Origin: Candidatus Poseidoniaceae archaeon
Lineage (GTDB): Archaea; Thermoplasmatota; Poseidoniia; Poseidoniales; Poseidoniaceae
DNA length: 64,000 nucleotides
NCBI GenBank assembly: GCA_949372655.1
Contig: CASIAI010000003.1
Span: 44,009-108,008, forward strand
Reading direction: 5' to 3'
This document shows positions 9,738-18,801 of the stretch, one piece after another. The position numbers were made by a program, and so were the translations under genes. Below the pieces are notes generated by a model. The model had not been told where the DNA came from and did not search any database. It was given only the letters and a program-made list of their open reading frames with translations. Position 1 is the stretch's first letter. Each line of letters begins with the position of its first letter.

Positions 9738-10875
9738 TGTGAGTCAATCCTATCTCAGCATCTCTAACTAGTCTACTAGGCTCAACAGTACCTTTCAATT
9801 GCTTGAATACCTCTACCGCTTGTCCAGTTCCAGTAGCTCCTAGTGGATGACCTTTAGATTTCAGACCACCACTTGGATTAATGCAAACTTCGCCTTCATT
9901 CCTTTTTCCAAGTCCTTGCCTTGCAAACTTCCCACCTTCACCTCGACTTGCAAAACCCAAGTCCTCAGTTGCAAGAAGTTCTGCAATAGTAAAGCAATCA
10001 TGGACTTCTGCTAAGTCTATATCGGCGGGGCTTAATCCTGCCATGGTATAGGCAGATTGTGCGGCTTTCTGAGTAGCCATCAGTTGTGTTATAGAAGGCC
10101 TATCATGGAGTGCTAAATTATCAGATGCTGCCCCAGAAGAAAGTAACCATAGCGGGTCATCAGTGAATTCTTTTACGACATGGTCCGCAGCCAGGACAAC
10201 ACATGATGCACCATCTGAAGTTGGACAGCAGTCATACAAAGTTAGTGGGTCAGCTACCATGAAACCACCTTTTGCTTTTTCAAAGGAAACTTCTTTCCTA
10301 AGATGAGCTTGTTGGTTCTCAAACCCATGCATATGATTTTTCACACTTATATTTACTAAATCATCATGATTTGAATCAAATTCATGAAAATATCTCCTTG
10401 CCATCAAAGCATATGTCCCAGGAAAAGTAAGTCCAGCGAGTCTTTCCCATTCTGTATCACCAGAAACTCCTAGCCAAAATCGCTTTCTTTCAGGAGTTAA
10501 ATCATTCATTTTCTCGATACCCCCAGCAACTACTACGTCGGCTTGGCCGCTCTTGATGGCCATCCATGCATCTCTCAAAGCAAAACCAGAAGATGCACAT
10601 GCATTTTCCACTCTTCTTACAGATATTCCTTTCATTGCTGAATGTTCGGTTAGTAGTGCAGCAGTATTTCCTAATTGAGAACCACCAAATGCCACACTAC
10701 CGATGAAAGCCTCATCGATTCTGTTCGGATGGAAATTTTGATCTACGCTGTCAAAGGCATTCTTTGCAGCCTCAGCCCACATTCCCTTCAATCCAGAAGA
10801 GTGATTGCCGTACTTAGTCTGTCCAGCGCCGATGATGGCAACATCTACCATGACCAGTCCAACACACGGTAGCAT
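9676..10875 (-). CDS. Thiolase (acetyl-CoA C-acetyltransferase, archaeal SCP-x-like type)
   Basis: VAIIGAGQTKYG N-terminus, active-site Cys region VENACASSGFAL, and C-terminal GGLKSKGHPLGATG / NVGGSGATCAVHIF thiolase signatures. Confidence 0.75.
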   Translation of the reverse strand: MLPCVGLVMVDVAIIGAGQTKYGNHSSGLKGMWAEAAKNAFDSVDQNFHPNRIDEAFIGSVAFGGSQLGNTAALLTEHSAMKGISVRRVENACASSGFALRDAWMAIKSGQADVVVAGGIEKMNDLTPERKRFWLGVSGDTEWERLAGLTFPGTYALMARRYFHEFDSNHDDLVNISVKNHMHGFENQQAHLRKEVSFEKAKGGFMVADPLTLYDCCPTSDGASCVVLAADHVVKEFTDDPLWLLSSGAASDNLALHDRPSITQLMATQKAAQSAYTMAGLSPADIDLAEVHDCFTIAELLATEDLGFASRGEGGKFARQGLGKRNEGEVCINPSGGLKSKGHPLGATGTGQAVEVFKQLKGTVEPSRLVRDAEIGLTHNVGGSGATCAVHIFGRERNA

Positions 10876-10971
10876 TTGATTGAAACGGTTATTTTCGTAA
10901 GACCGATATGATTCCTAAATTGGAATATGTATGCGTAGGAACTAAGAACAAGTCACTTACCCCCTTACAAT

Positions 10972-11679
10972 ATGCTACGGCAATGTAAAGCACATGGGCA
11001 CTTTAGCGGGGCTAACTGTCCTGTATGCAATGAAGAAGGGAAGTTCATAATGAGTGATAGAGAGTCAAACTCTCTCGGACGTATTTTAGCACTGGTGCTA
11101 AGACACGCACCTGAAAAGTTCAATGTTGAAATGGATATCAATGGATGGGTCAATATCCGAGAATTATCTGATTCTATCTCCAAGCAAAGAAGACACTACC
11201 ACTGGCTAAGAGGCTGGCATTTCTCGGCAATTGCAAATGCTGATGAGAAAGGAAGATATCAAGTTGAAGGTGAGATGATAAGAGCTACTTACGGTCATTC
11301 CATTGAACTGGAACTTGATTTACCAACAGATGATATTCCAGAAGGACTTTATTGGCCTTGTGAAGAAGAACAGGTTGAAACAATTATCGAACTTGGTATC
11401 ACTGCTGGTGACCGAAAGCACGTTCACCTTTCCAAGACAATTGGTAAGGCAATGGAAGCAGGACACGTTAGAATTAACCGTCCAGCAATATTAGAAGTAG
11501 ACACTGTTAGAGCAATTGCAGATGGCCACACCGTTTTCCGTGCAGGTACAACTGTATATCTTATTGATGAAGTACCAGGGGATTACCTGTACCGTGTTGA
11601 GCCTGATGACCCAATAATTACCGAAATGGTAGCACAGTGGGAAGTCGAAGAAGCAGAAGCAGAAGCAGAAGAAGAGTAA
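10972..11679 (+). CDS. kptA: RNA 2'-phosphotransferase Tpt1/KptA family, with an N-terminal zinc ribbon and an acidic C-terminal tail
   Basis: LGRILALVLRHAPEKF...GWV, and RKHVHLS, which corresponds to the conserved Tpt1 H-x-H-L-S catalytic region. The N-terminus carries CKAHGH...CPVC. The C-terminus is EAEAEAEEE. Confidence 0.65.
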   Translation: MLRQCKAHGHFSGANCPVCNEEGKFIMSDRESNSLGRILALVLRHAPEKFNVEMDINGWVNIRELSDSISKQRRHYHWLRGWHFSAIANADEKGRYQVEGEMIRATYGHSIELELDLPTDDIPEGLYWPCEEEQVETIIELGITAGDRKHVHLSKTIGKAMEAGHVRINRPAILEVDTVRAIADGHTVFRAGTTVYLIDEVPGDYLYRVEPDDPIITEMVAQWEVEEAEAEAEEE

Positions 11680-12024
11680 TTACTCTTTTTTACTCATTGT
11701 TCCACACGCTGGACAGAAATTCAAATCACTGTCTAGACTTGCTCCACATGTATCACACATGGTGTTGCCCAGTACCAATGCTTGAACCTTGCTTGCGGGC
11801 GGAGGGGCTTCGATATCAGGGTCACTAGAAACTAAGATTAAAGGATCAATTCCGTGTGCTACAAGTTCTTTGTACCTATTTGCGAAAATCAAACATTCTT
11901 GGATCGAAGTTTCCAGTTGTAACGTCCTTTCTTCTCTCTCTATTCTATCATCAATACTTTCAGCTTCTTCTAAAGATGCCTGCAAGTGGCGCATGTATTC
12001 TTCTAATGTCGGTGAATCAGCCAT
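11680..12024 (-). CDS. Small acidic protein with a C-terminal C4 zinc ribbon; unknown function
   Basis: CDTCGAS...CPACG at the C-terminus. Convergent with kptA. Confidence 0.35.
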   Translation of the reverse strand: MADSPTLEEYMRHLQASLEEAESIDDRIEREERTLQLETSIQECLIFANRYKELVAHGIDPLILVSSDPDIEAPPPASKVQALVLGNTMCDTCGASLDSDLNFCPACGTMSKKE

Positions 12025-12102
12025 ATACCATGGTCTAAGCCTTTATTCTTCAATGCTTTCAAAGAGGGGCATCCTCATGAGGATAGTCTTCATGGGAGTT
12101 AC

Positions 12103-12921
12103 ATGCGCGATTGTGTAGTCATCAAATGGGGTGGCAGTCTAATTACGGATAAGGAGAAAATGTGTATTCCTGATATGGATACAATAAGTTCTCTGTCTGT
12201 TGTGATGAAACAATGTGTAGATGAAGGTCTCGATATAATTCTAGTTCATGGAGCAGGTTCTTTCGGTCATCTAAGGGCCAAACATTGGAGGCTAAATGAG
12301 GGTTTATTGGACACTGAAGACTTTACCAATCAAAGTGATTGTAGTTCTCAAAAAGAGGCAGTTAGTATAGTACGTAATGAAATGCTTACATTGAATAAAT
12401 TCATCTATGATTCATTAGAATTTAACGGCCTAAAAACTTCGGTTAAACCACCACATAATTGGGCAAGAAATACAGGCAGTGGTTTTGATGGAGATATATC
12501 TAAAGTGTTCTTTGATTATCAAGATTCACTATGTGTGACCTTCGGAGATGTTGTTGATTGTGATGGGGTAAAATCATTTGGTATTTTGTCTGGTGATGAT
12601 TTAGTAGTTCGAATTTGTAAAGAGATACCTAATGTCAAGAGACTTGTTTTTGCAATCGGTGGTGTTGATGGTATTCTCAGAAGACCGCCTGAGGATTTGA
12701 AAGATGATGATTTGATAGAACTGTGGTCTCCTAATATGAAATTTGAGGGATTACATAATACTGAAATTGATGTTACAGGCGGAATAGGTTTGAAAGCAGC
12801 CAGAGGTGCTGAAGTTGCTAAAATGGGTATTGAAGTATTGATTGTTAATGGCTCTTATCCACAAAGGGTATTCGATGCATGTAATGGAAAAGAGGTCTTA
12901 GGGACTAAAATAGTAGCCTAA
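12103..12921 (+). CDS. ipk: Isopentenyl phosphate kinase (amino-acid-kinase fold)
   Basis: VIKWGGSLITDK and ILVHGAGSFGH are the IPK signatures. Confidence 0.75.
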   Translation: MRDCVVIKWGGSLITDKEKMCIPDMDTISSLSVVMKQCVDEGLDIILVHGAGSFGHLRAKHWRLNEGLLDTEDFTNQSDCSSQKEAVSIVRNEMLTLNKFIYDSLEFNGLKTSVKPPHNWARNTGSGFDGDISKVFFDYQDSLCVTFGDVVDCDGVKSFGILSGDDLVVRICKEIPNVKRLVFAIGGVDGILRRPPEDLKDDDLIELWSPNMKFEGLHNTEIDVTGGIGLKAARGAEVAKMGIEVLIVNGSYPQRVFDACNGKEVLGTKIVA

Positions 12922-12991
12922 AATTTTATTTAATCATCAAAAACAGGGAACTATTCATTTATCGAGTCCGTTTGCGAAGACTGGTGATGAC

Positions 12992-14749
12992 TTGACAGGG
13001 TATCAAATTAAAGATGTTCCTTCGTTGGAAATCAATGATGAGTACAAGCAGATACTTCTGGATTCAAGTGCAGACTCAGCACAAATCGATTTGATGTCTG
13101 AAGCAATTATCGCTGTAGATGAATCCGATAATGAAATTGGGGATGTCTCTAAAGTAGAGGCTCATCATTCATCAGGTATGTTACATCGAGCATTTAGTGT
13201 ACTTTTATTTGATAGCAATAACCGCTTACTTTTACAAAAGAGAGCCTCTCATAAAGTGACTTTTCCAAATGTTTGGGCTAACTCTTGTTGTTCTCACCCT
13301 CTGTATTCTGAATCTGAGAGAGAGCTTACCGACGCTCTAGGTGTGAAACGGGCTGCAGTTCGTAAACTTAACCAAGAATTAGGGATTAGTGAAGATCAAG
13401 TTCCTCTCAGTGATTTTTATTTCGTAACTAAAATGATTTATTCCAGTAGAATGAGTGAAGAATGGATAGAAAGAGAAATCGACCACATTCTAATTATCAA
13501 GGCAGATGTGGACGTCAACTTTAACGAGAACGAAGTCTCAGAAATTAAATGGGTAAGTCAAGAGGAATTGGAAGAAATGCTGGTGGCAGAAGTTGAAGGT
13601 GATGGAGAAATCGCACCATGGTTCAGGTGTATTGCTTCACGATTGATGACTGATGAATGGTGGCAAGCTGTAGGCGACTCCGAAAAAATTAGTCAAATAT
13701 CAGATGATGTAATCCATGATATGGGTGATGTTTCACATATGTTGTCTTATGCAGAAGGGGCAGGACTTGACATTTCTATTAAGGAAGTTAAACCACTCGT
13801 TGAAAGAAGAATTTCAGATAGTTTGCGCGCATCGAAACACTCAACACTTTCTGATGCTATGATGCATTTAGTTGATGGTGGTGGAAAGAGACTTCGAGCA
13901 ACACTACCTTGGCTTGTATCCAAGGCGGTTGGAGATTCTCATTCAGGACTTTTAGACATAGGTGCTGCAATCGAGATAGTTCATAATTTCACACTAGTTC
14001 ATGATGACATAATGGATGATGATGATACTAGGAGAGGATTAAATGCAGTTCACATAGAGTATGGACTTCCAACTGCTATCAATGCAGGAGATGCAATGTT
14101 AGCCATTGCTTTTGAGAGGTTAGTTCTGGCAAAAGGACTTGAAAACAAGGATGTAGCTGCAATGGTGAACCGTTTGGCATGGATGGTTAGGCGTGTTAGT
14201 GAAGGTCAGCAACTAGATATTGAATTTGAAGATAGAATTGCGGTTTCAGAAGAAGACTATTTCGAAATGATTGAGGGTAAAACAGCAGTTATGTTCCTGA
14301 CTTGTGCAGAGATAGGCTCAAGAATGTCTGGTGCAGATGATGAAACAATTCAATGTATGGCAGATTGGGGTCTTGCAGTAGGTTTGTGCTTCCAACTTAT
14401 GGATGACCTAATCGATGTATTATCTGACTCTGCTACACTTGGTAAACCGGCAGGTTCTGATTTGGCTCAAGGCAAGCGTACTCTTATGGTAATTCACGCA
14501 TTATCACAAGATGATTCAGAACAACTAAGCAATTTGAAGGCAGTTCTTGGTAAAGGAGATTCTGCAACTCAGCAGGAAATCGATCTTGGTTTGAAAGCTC
14601 TTGATGAACTCGGTTCTATCAAATATGCTAGAGAGAGAGCCGAAATGTACCACTCGAATGCTCACTCTTGTCTTGATATGTTACCTAATAGCCCTGCACT
14701 GAAAGCATTGAGAGAGTTGACTGATTACCAATTGAAACGTATTAGTTGA
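12992..14749 (+). CDS. Fusion protein: type-1 isopentenyl-diphosphate delta-isomerase (Nudix-like IDI1) at the N-terminus and short-chain polyprenyl diphosphate synthase (GGPP synthase-like) at the C-terminus
   Basis: The N-terminal half has HRAFSVLLFD...LLLQKRASHKVTFPNVWANSCCSHP, an IDI1 motif with a catalytic Cys, plus WVSQEEL. The C-terminal half has GGKRLRA, the FARM motif LVHDDIMDDDDTRRG and the SARM motif FQLMDDLID. Confidence 0.7.
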   Translation: MTGYQIKDVPSLEINDEYKQILLDSSADSAQIDLMSEAIIAVDESDNEIGDVSKVEAHHSSGMLHRAFSVLLFDSNNRLLLQKRASHKVTFPNVWANSCCSHPLYSESERELTDALGVKRAAVRKLNQELGISEDQVPLSDFYFVTKMIYSSRMSEEWIEREIDHILIIKADVDVNFNENEVSEIKWVSQEELEEMLVAEVEGDGEIAPWFRCIASRLMTDEWWQAVGDSEKISQISDDVIHDMGDVSHMLSYAEGAGLDISIKEVKPLVERRISDSLRASKHSTLSDAMMHLVDGGGKRLRATLPWLVSKAVGDSHSGLLDIGAAIEIVHNFTLVHDDIMDDDDTRRGLNAVHIEYGLPTAINAGDAMLAIAFERLVLAKGLENKDVAAMVNRLAWMVRRVSEGQQLDIEFEDRIAVSEEDYFEMIEGKTAVMFLTCAEIGSRMSGADDETIQCMADWGLAVGLCFQLMDDLIDVLSDSATLGKPAGSDLAQGKRTLMVIHALSQDDSEQLSNLKAVLGKGDSATQQEIDLGLKALDELGSIKYARERAEMYHSNAHSCLDMLPNSPALKALRELTDYQLKRIS

Positions 14750-15212
14750 TCAGTTCATATTCTTCATTATTAGAAACTGTACCGGGTTTTAGCACTCTAG
14801 CATACCATCTAGTGAATTGGTGGTACTTTTTATGAGATATTAATTTAAATTCTCCATCGGTAAATGATTTAGATATTGTTCTACATGGAGGGGCATCTTG
14901 AGTTATTTGAATTTCTAACTCATTGAATTTTAAAATTGTCCCAATAGTGATGTCTCCAATACTTGAGCCACCAATCAAAATATTTTCACCAGTGCTTCCG
15001 GGACTTATTGGATGTCCTTTATTCTGTAAATCTCTAATTATATGATTTTGAATCAGGCAGACTGCTTTATCTTCTCCACCATGGTGTTTAAGGTCGTTTT
15101 GTTTATCGCCAAAGCAACCTGAACTATCGATATATAGATTATCGACGGGTAACTTAGGAACTCCGCCTTGAGATACAAAAAGACCTAATATTGAGGCCTT
15201 CATATTATTCAA
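14742..15212 (-). CDS. MOSC-domain protein (YiiM-like)
   Basis: GDKQNDLKHHGGEDKAV...PGSTGENILI...DAPPCRT matches the MOSC beta-barrel, including the invariant Cys. Its start overlaps the aEF-2 stop by 4 bp. Confidence 0.55.
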   Translation of the reverse strand: MNNMKASILGLFVSQGGVPKLPVDNLYIDSSGCFGDKQNDLKHHGGEDKAVCLIQNHIIRDLQNKGHPISPGSTGENILIGGSSIGDITIGTILKFNELEIQITQDAPPCRTISKSFTDGEFKLISHKKYHQFTRWYARVLKPGTVSNNEEYELIN

Positions 15213-17416
15213 TCCGAGTAGTATGATTCAGGATTAGGCTCAGGCTTCAATCCTTTTCTAGTTCTAATTGAACCGACTACTTTGTCGAATAACATTTGTG
15301 GAAGTGGCTCGAAACCAAGATTCTCTGTATTCCAAACAGCACGTCCTTGAGAAGCAGCACGGATATCGTTAGAGAAACCGAAAGTCTCTGCAATTGGTAG
15401 AACACCAACAACGGTAGTAACTTCGCCCTCTGATGGCATGTCTTCAATAATTCCACGTCGGTTTGTCACTTCACGTGTAACTTGACCAAGCCAATCATTA
15501 GGTACTGAGACAAATGCTTTTTGCATTGGTTCCAGAATTACAGTACGTGCTCTCATCATGGCACCTTTGATACCATTTCTAACAGCAGGAATAGTTTGAG
15601 CTGGTCCACGGTGAATTGCATCTTCGTGAAGTTTAGCATCGACTAATCTTACAAACATACCTTGAACAGGCTCGTCTGCAATAGGTCCCTTTGTACAAAC
15701 TTCATTGAATGCTTCGATTATCAATTCACGAGTTTCGTGTAATCCTTGAATACCTTTGGTATCATTTACCAATACATTGGTTCCATTGATTGCGTAAATC
15801 TTTCTCATCAAATCCTTATCCATTCCAACTGCACCGAACTTATTTCCAGTTTCCTTTCCGTCACTAGTACGGATTGTTCCGCTACCTAGATCACCAGAAC
15901 GGAGTGCTTCTATAACTTCAGTAGAAAGTGCTTCGACTTCAAAGTAGAATCTGTTGTGTCTATTAGGTGATTTACCTTCAAATGACCTACCATGATTATT
16001 TCCTTCAATACCTTCACGATAAACAACAATAGGTGGACTAACCTTTACTTTGATATTCTGTTCTTCTTCAATACGGTAAACAGTAATTTCAAGGTGAAGT
16101 TCTCCCATACCAGCGAGTAATGCTTCTCCAGTTTCTTGGTTGGTTGTAACTTGCAGGGAAGCATCAGCCTTAGCAAGTGAACGCAGAGCATCGACAAACT
16201 TTGGAAGGTCTTTCATACTCTTTGGTTCAACAGCAACAGTTACAACAGGGTCTGAGTAGTGCCTAATTGCTTCGAATGGTGTGAAGTCTTTGTCGTGAGA
16301 AAGTGTAAGACCAGCAGCAGCCGAACGGATTCCGGTAAGTGCAGCAATATTTCCTGCAACTACCTTAGGGACGGTAATTCGGTCGCCTCCAACCATCATG
16401 CTGACTTGTTGGACACGTTCTGGCTTTGCAGCACCGATTGCGTAGACGGTTTCTCCTTGTGCAATTGCACCTGAGTAAATTCTACCAACTGCTACTTCAC
16501 CTGCGTGAGGGTCCATCCAAATCTTAGTGATCATCATTGCTAGTTCTGCTTCAGGGTCGCATGCCATCATAGACTTTGCGATATCAGATTCTAGGTCTCC
16601 AGTCCAAATATTTGGTACACGGTATGGTTGTGCTTCAACTGGACCTGGTAATTTTGATACTGCCATGTCGAGGAGAACCTCGTGAACAGGGGCTTTTTCT
16701 GCAAGTTCCATTTGATTTTCATCATTACAGTACTTGAAAATATCAGTGAAAGAAATCCCTGATTTAGCCATGTAAGGGACTGTGATTCCCCAGTTATGGT
16801 ATGCGGAACCAAATGCTACAGTACCGTCACCTACTGAAACTTGCCAAGATTTCTTAAATTCTTCAGGTGCAAATTGCTTGATTAGTTTGTTTACCTTAGT
16901 AATTGTACCCTTGAATCTCTCCATCATGTCTTCAGGGGTTACTTGAAGTTCGTTTATCAGTCTGTCAACCTTGTTAATGAATAGAACAGGCTTTACTTTC
17001 TCTTTCAATGCTTGTCTAACAACAGTTTCAGTTTGCGGCATTGGACCTTCAACAGCACAAGCCAGAATGAAACAACCATCAACCGCACGCATGGCACGTG
17101 TTACGTCTCCACCAAAGTCAACGTGACCAGGTGTATCGATTAGATTGATTAGATAATCAGTTCCATCAACAGCGTGAACCATAGATGCAGATGCAGCATT
17201 GATGGTAATTCCACGAGCAGCTTCTTGCTCATCGAAGTCAAGTACACGTGCTGAACCAGCAAGGTCACTGGACATCATACCCGCTCCGGCGATCAAATTA
17301 TCGGAGAGAGTTGTTTTGCCGTGATCTATGTGTGCGGCAATACACAAATTTCGAATTTGTGGTAGTATATGCATAACTTCTGTTGCTTTCTTAATGTTGT
17401 CTTCTTTACGGCCCAT
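15209..17416 (-). CDS. fusA: Translation elongation factor aEF-2
   Basis: AHIDHGKTTLSD G1 motif and DTPGHVDF G3 motif. 735 aa. It sits in the classic position downstream of S7. Confidence 0.9.
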   Translation of the reverse strand: MGRKEDNIKKATEVMHILPQIRNLCIAAHIDHGKTTLSDNLIAGAGMMSSDLAGSARVLDFDEQEAARGITINAASASMVHAVDGTDYLINLIDTPGHVDFGGDVTRAMRAVDGCFILACAVEGPMPQTETVVRQALKEKVKPVLFINKVDRLINELQVTPEDMMERFKGTITKVNKLIKQFAPEEFKKSWQVSVGDGTVAFGSAYHNWGITVPYMAKSGISFTDIFKYCNDENQMELAEKAPVHEVLLDMAVSKLPGPVEAQPYRVPNIWTGDLESDIAKSMMACDPEAELAMMITKIWMDPHAGEVAVGRIYSGAIAQGETVYAIGAAKPERVQQVSMMVGGDRITVPKVVAGNIAALTGIRSAAAGLTLSHDKDFTPFEAIRHYSDPVVTVAVEPKSMKDLPKFVDALRSLAKADASLQVTTNQETGEALLAGMGELHLEITVYRIEEEQNIKVKVSPPIVVYREGIEGNNHGRSFEGKSPNRHNRFYFEVEALSTEVIEALRSGDLGSGTIRTSDGKETGNKFGAVGMDKDLMRKIYAINGTNVLVNDTKGIQGLHETRELIIEAFNEVCTKGPIADEPVQGMFVRLVDAKLHEDAIHRGPAQTIPAVRNGIKGAMMRARTVILEPMQKAFVSVPNDWLGQVTREVTNRRGIIEDMPSEGEVTTVVGVLPIAETFGFSNDIRAASQGRAVWNTENLGFEPLPQMLFDKVVGSIRTRKGLKPEPNPESYYSD

Positions 17417-17533
17417 GGTATCACCTAACTCTCGCTGATTGTGGCCACCAAAAAGGGGTTCTTAAGTGACTCGCATGTAATGTACAGTCTATTAGCAAAT
17501 AGTGACAACTAATTGACATGAATTGATTACTAT

Positions 17534-17556
17534 TAGGTGCACTTTTTGTGCACTAA
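17534..17556. promoter_or_regulatory. Perfect palindrome GTGCAC-TTTTT-GTGCAC (potential hairpin) in the 150-bp S7/aEF-2 spacer
   Basis: Read directly from 17537..17553. It lies 12 to 30 nt downstream of the S7 stop codon on the transcribed strand. Confidence 0.3.
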
Positions 17557-17566
17557 ATTCTAAGAA

Positions 17567-18196
17567 TCATCTTGCGGATGCAGCGATTCTTTCAAGTTCT
17601 TCTTTCTTAGAAACTGAATACGATGTTACATCGCCAGCAGCTGCTTTGTTGAGTTCATTGATTATACAACTTGTTAGAGTTCTTTTTGACTTGTGAGTGC
17701 CTTGTTGTGCACCCTTTGCCAGGTTTCTAAGAGCTACATCAAGTCTTCTTGAAGGAGATGAATCGACTGCTTTAGGTTGAGATACTGCACCAAATTTGAT
17801 TCTGGTAATTTCTTCCATAGGTGCTCCATTACAGATAGCATCAACGAAAGTTTGCAGAGGGTTTCCACCAGACTTGCTGGCAATACTGTCAAGAGCAGCT
17901 TCAAAAGCTTTCATTGCGCCTTGCTTCTTTCCTGTGTAAGGACCAGTTCTCATAAGTTTGTTGATATATCTTTCAACAACAGATAACTTTGCCTTTCCAA
18001 ACCAAGCATTAGCGTGGCGTCCACCAGTGTGAGGAACTCCCACTGTTGTAAGATTGATGTATGGTGCAAGTCCAGGATCTTTACAGGTAATCTCGGAAGC
18101 ATCCCACTTTCCAAAAACCAGTGTACCTATTCCAGCAATCGGTCGGTACTCTTCGACCTCTTCTTTTATTTCTTCTACTACTTCTGCTTCTGTCAT
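17567..18196 (-). CDS. rps7: 30S ribosomal protein S7 (uS7)
   Basis: 209 aa, basic, between S12 and EF-2. Contains KLMRTGPYTGKK...AFEAA. Confidence 0.75.
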   Translation of the reverse strand: MTEAEVVEEIKEEVEEYRPIAGIGTLVFGKWDASEITCKDPGLAPYINLTTVGVPHTGGRHANAWFGKAKLSVVERYINKLMRTGPYTGKKQGAMKAFEAALDSIASKSGGNPLQTFVDAICNGAPMEEITRIKFGAVSQPKAVDSSPSRRLDVALRNLAKGAQQGTHKSKRTLTSCIINELNKAAAGDVTSYSVSKKEELERIAASAR

Positions 18197-18205
18197 AAAA
18201 ACACC

Positions 18206-18634
18206 TCAGCGAATTGGCTTCTCCTTTCTTCCACGGACCATCTCATCTAGAGATACACCGTTAACTTGGATTACTTTGTATCTAACTCCTGGAATATCTC
18301 CATAAGAACGACCCATACGACCACCGATACCTTCGACCATAACTTCGTCGTGTTCATCGATGAAATTTATTGCACCATCGCCAGGAGCGAAAGCCGTTAA
18401 CTTATTTCCGTTTTTAATGAGTGAAATCTTTACAGCCTTACGAATTCCGGAGTTAGGTTGTTTAGCCTCAATACCGACTTTTTCAACGACGATACCCTTG
18501 GCTTGAGTAGACCCTGCAAGAGGGTCGTGCTTAGCACGTAACTTTAGCATACGCTTCTTATATCTACGATCTGACCAACGGAATTTTTGTCGATCTTTTG
18601 CCATCTTGGCACCTGCGAAGAGTCCTCTACCCAT
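18206..18634 (-). CDS. rps12: 30S ribosomal protein S12 (uS12)
   Basis: [19 protein letters not shown]...[16 protein letters not shown] is a canonical S12 sequence. The ORF is open from 18685, but the start is probably the Met of MGRGLFAG at 18634. Confidence 0.85.
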   Translation of the reverse strand: MGRGLFAGAKMAKDRQKFRWSDRRYKKRMLKLRAKHDPLAGSTQAKGIVVEKVGIEAKQPNSGIRKAVKISLIKNGNKLTAFAPGDGAINFIDEHDEVMVEGIGGRMGRSYGDIPGVRYKVIQVNGVSLDEMVRGRKEKPIR

Positions 18635-18675
18635 AATAACAACCTCATTGAAGCAATTCGCCGACTCGAAGCCCC

Positions 18676-18682
18676 TATTTAA
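18676..18682 (-). promoter_or_regulatory. TATA-like element (TTAAATA on the minus strand) about 42 to 48 bp upstream of the rps12 start codon
   Basis: AT-rich hexamer in the divergent intergenic region 18635..18801. Position is compatible with an archaeal TATA box plus a short leader. Confidence 0.25.
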
Positions 18683-18801
18683 CAACGACCCAAGAACCTG
18701 ATTTTGTATTGTAGTTGAAGAGTTTACCTATAATGGAAATTACGCGTAAATAGTGGGTATTTCAATGAAAGGTTCAAGCGACTATTACATTTGGACAGTA
18801 T

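Noticed and set aside
11637-11700. GAAGCA x4 microsatellite-like repeat at the kptA 3' end
   Set aside because: It simply encodes the EAEAEAEEE acidic tail. Not an independent repeat element or CRISPR.
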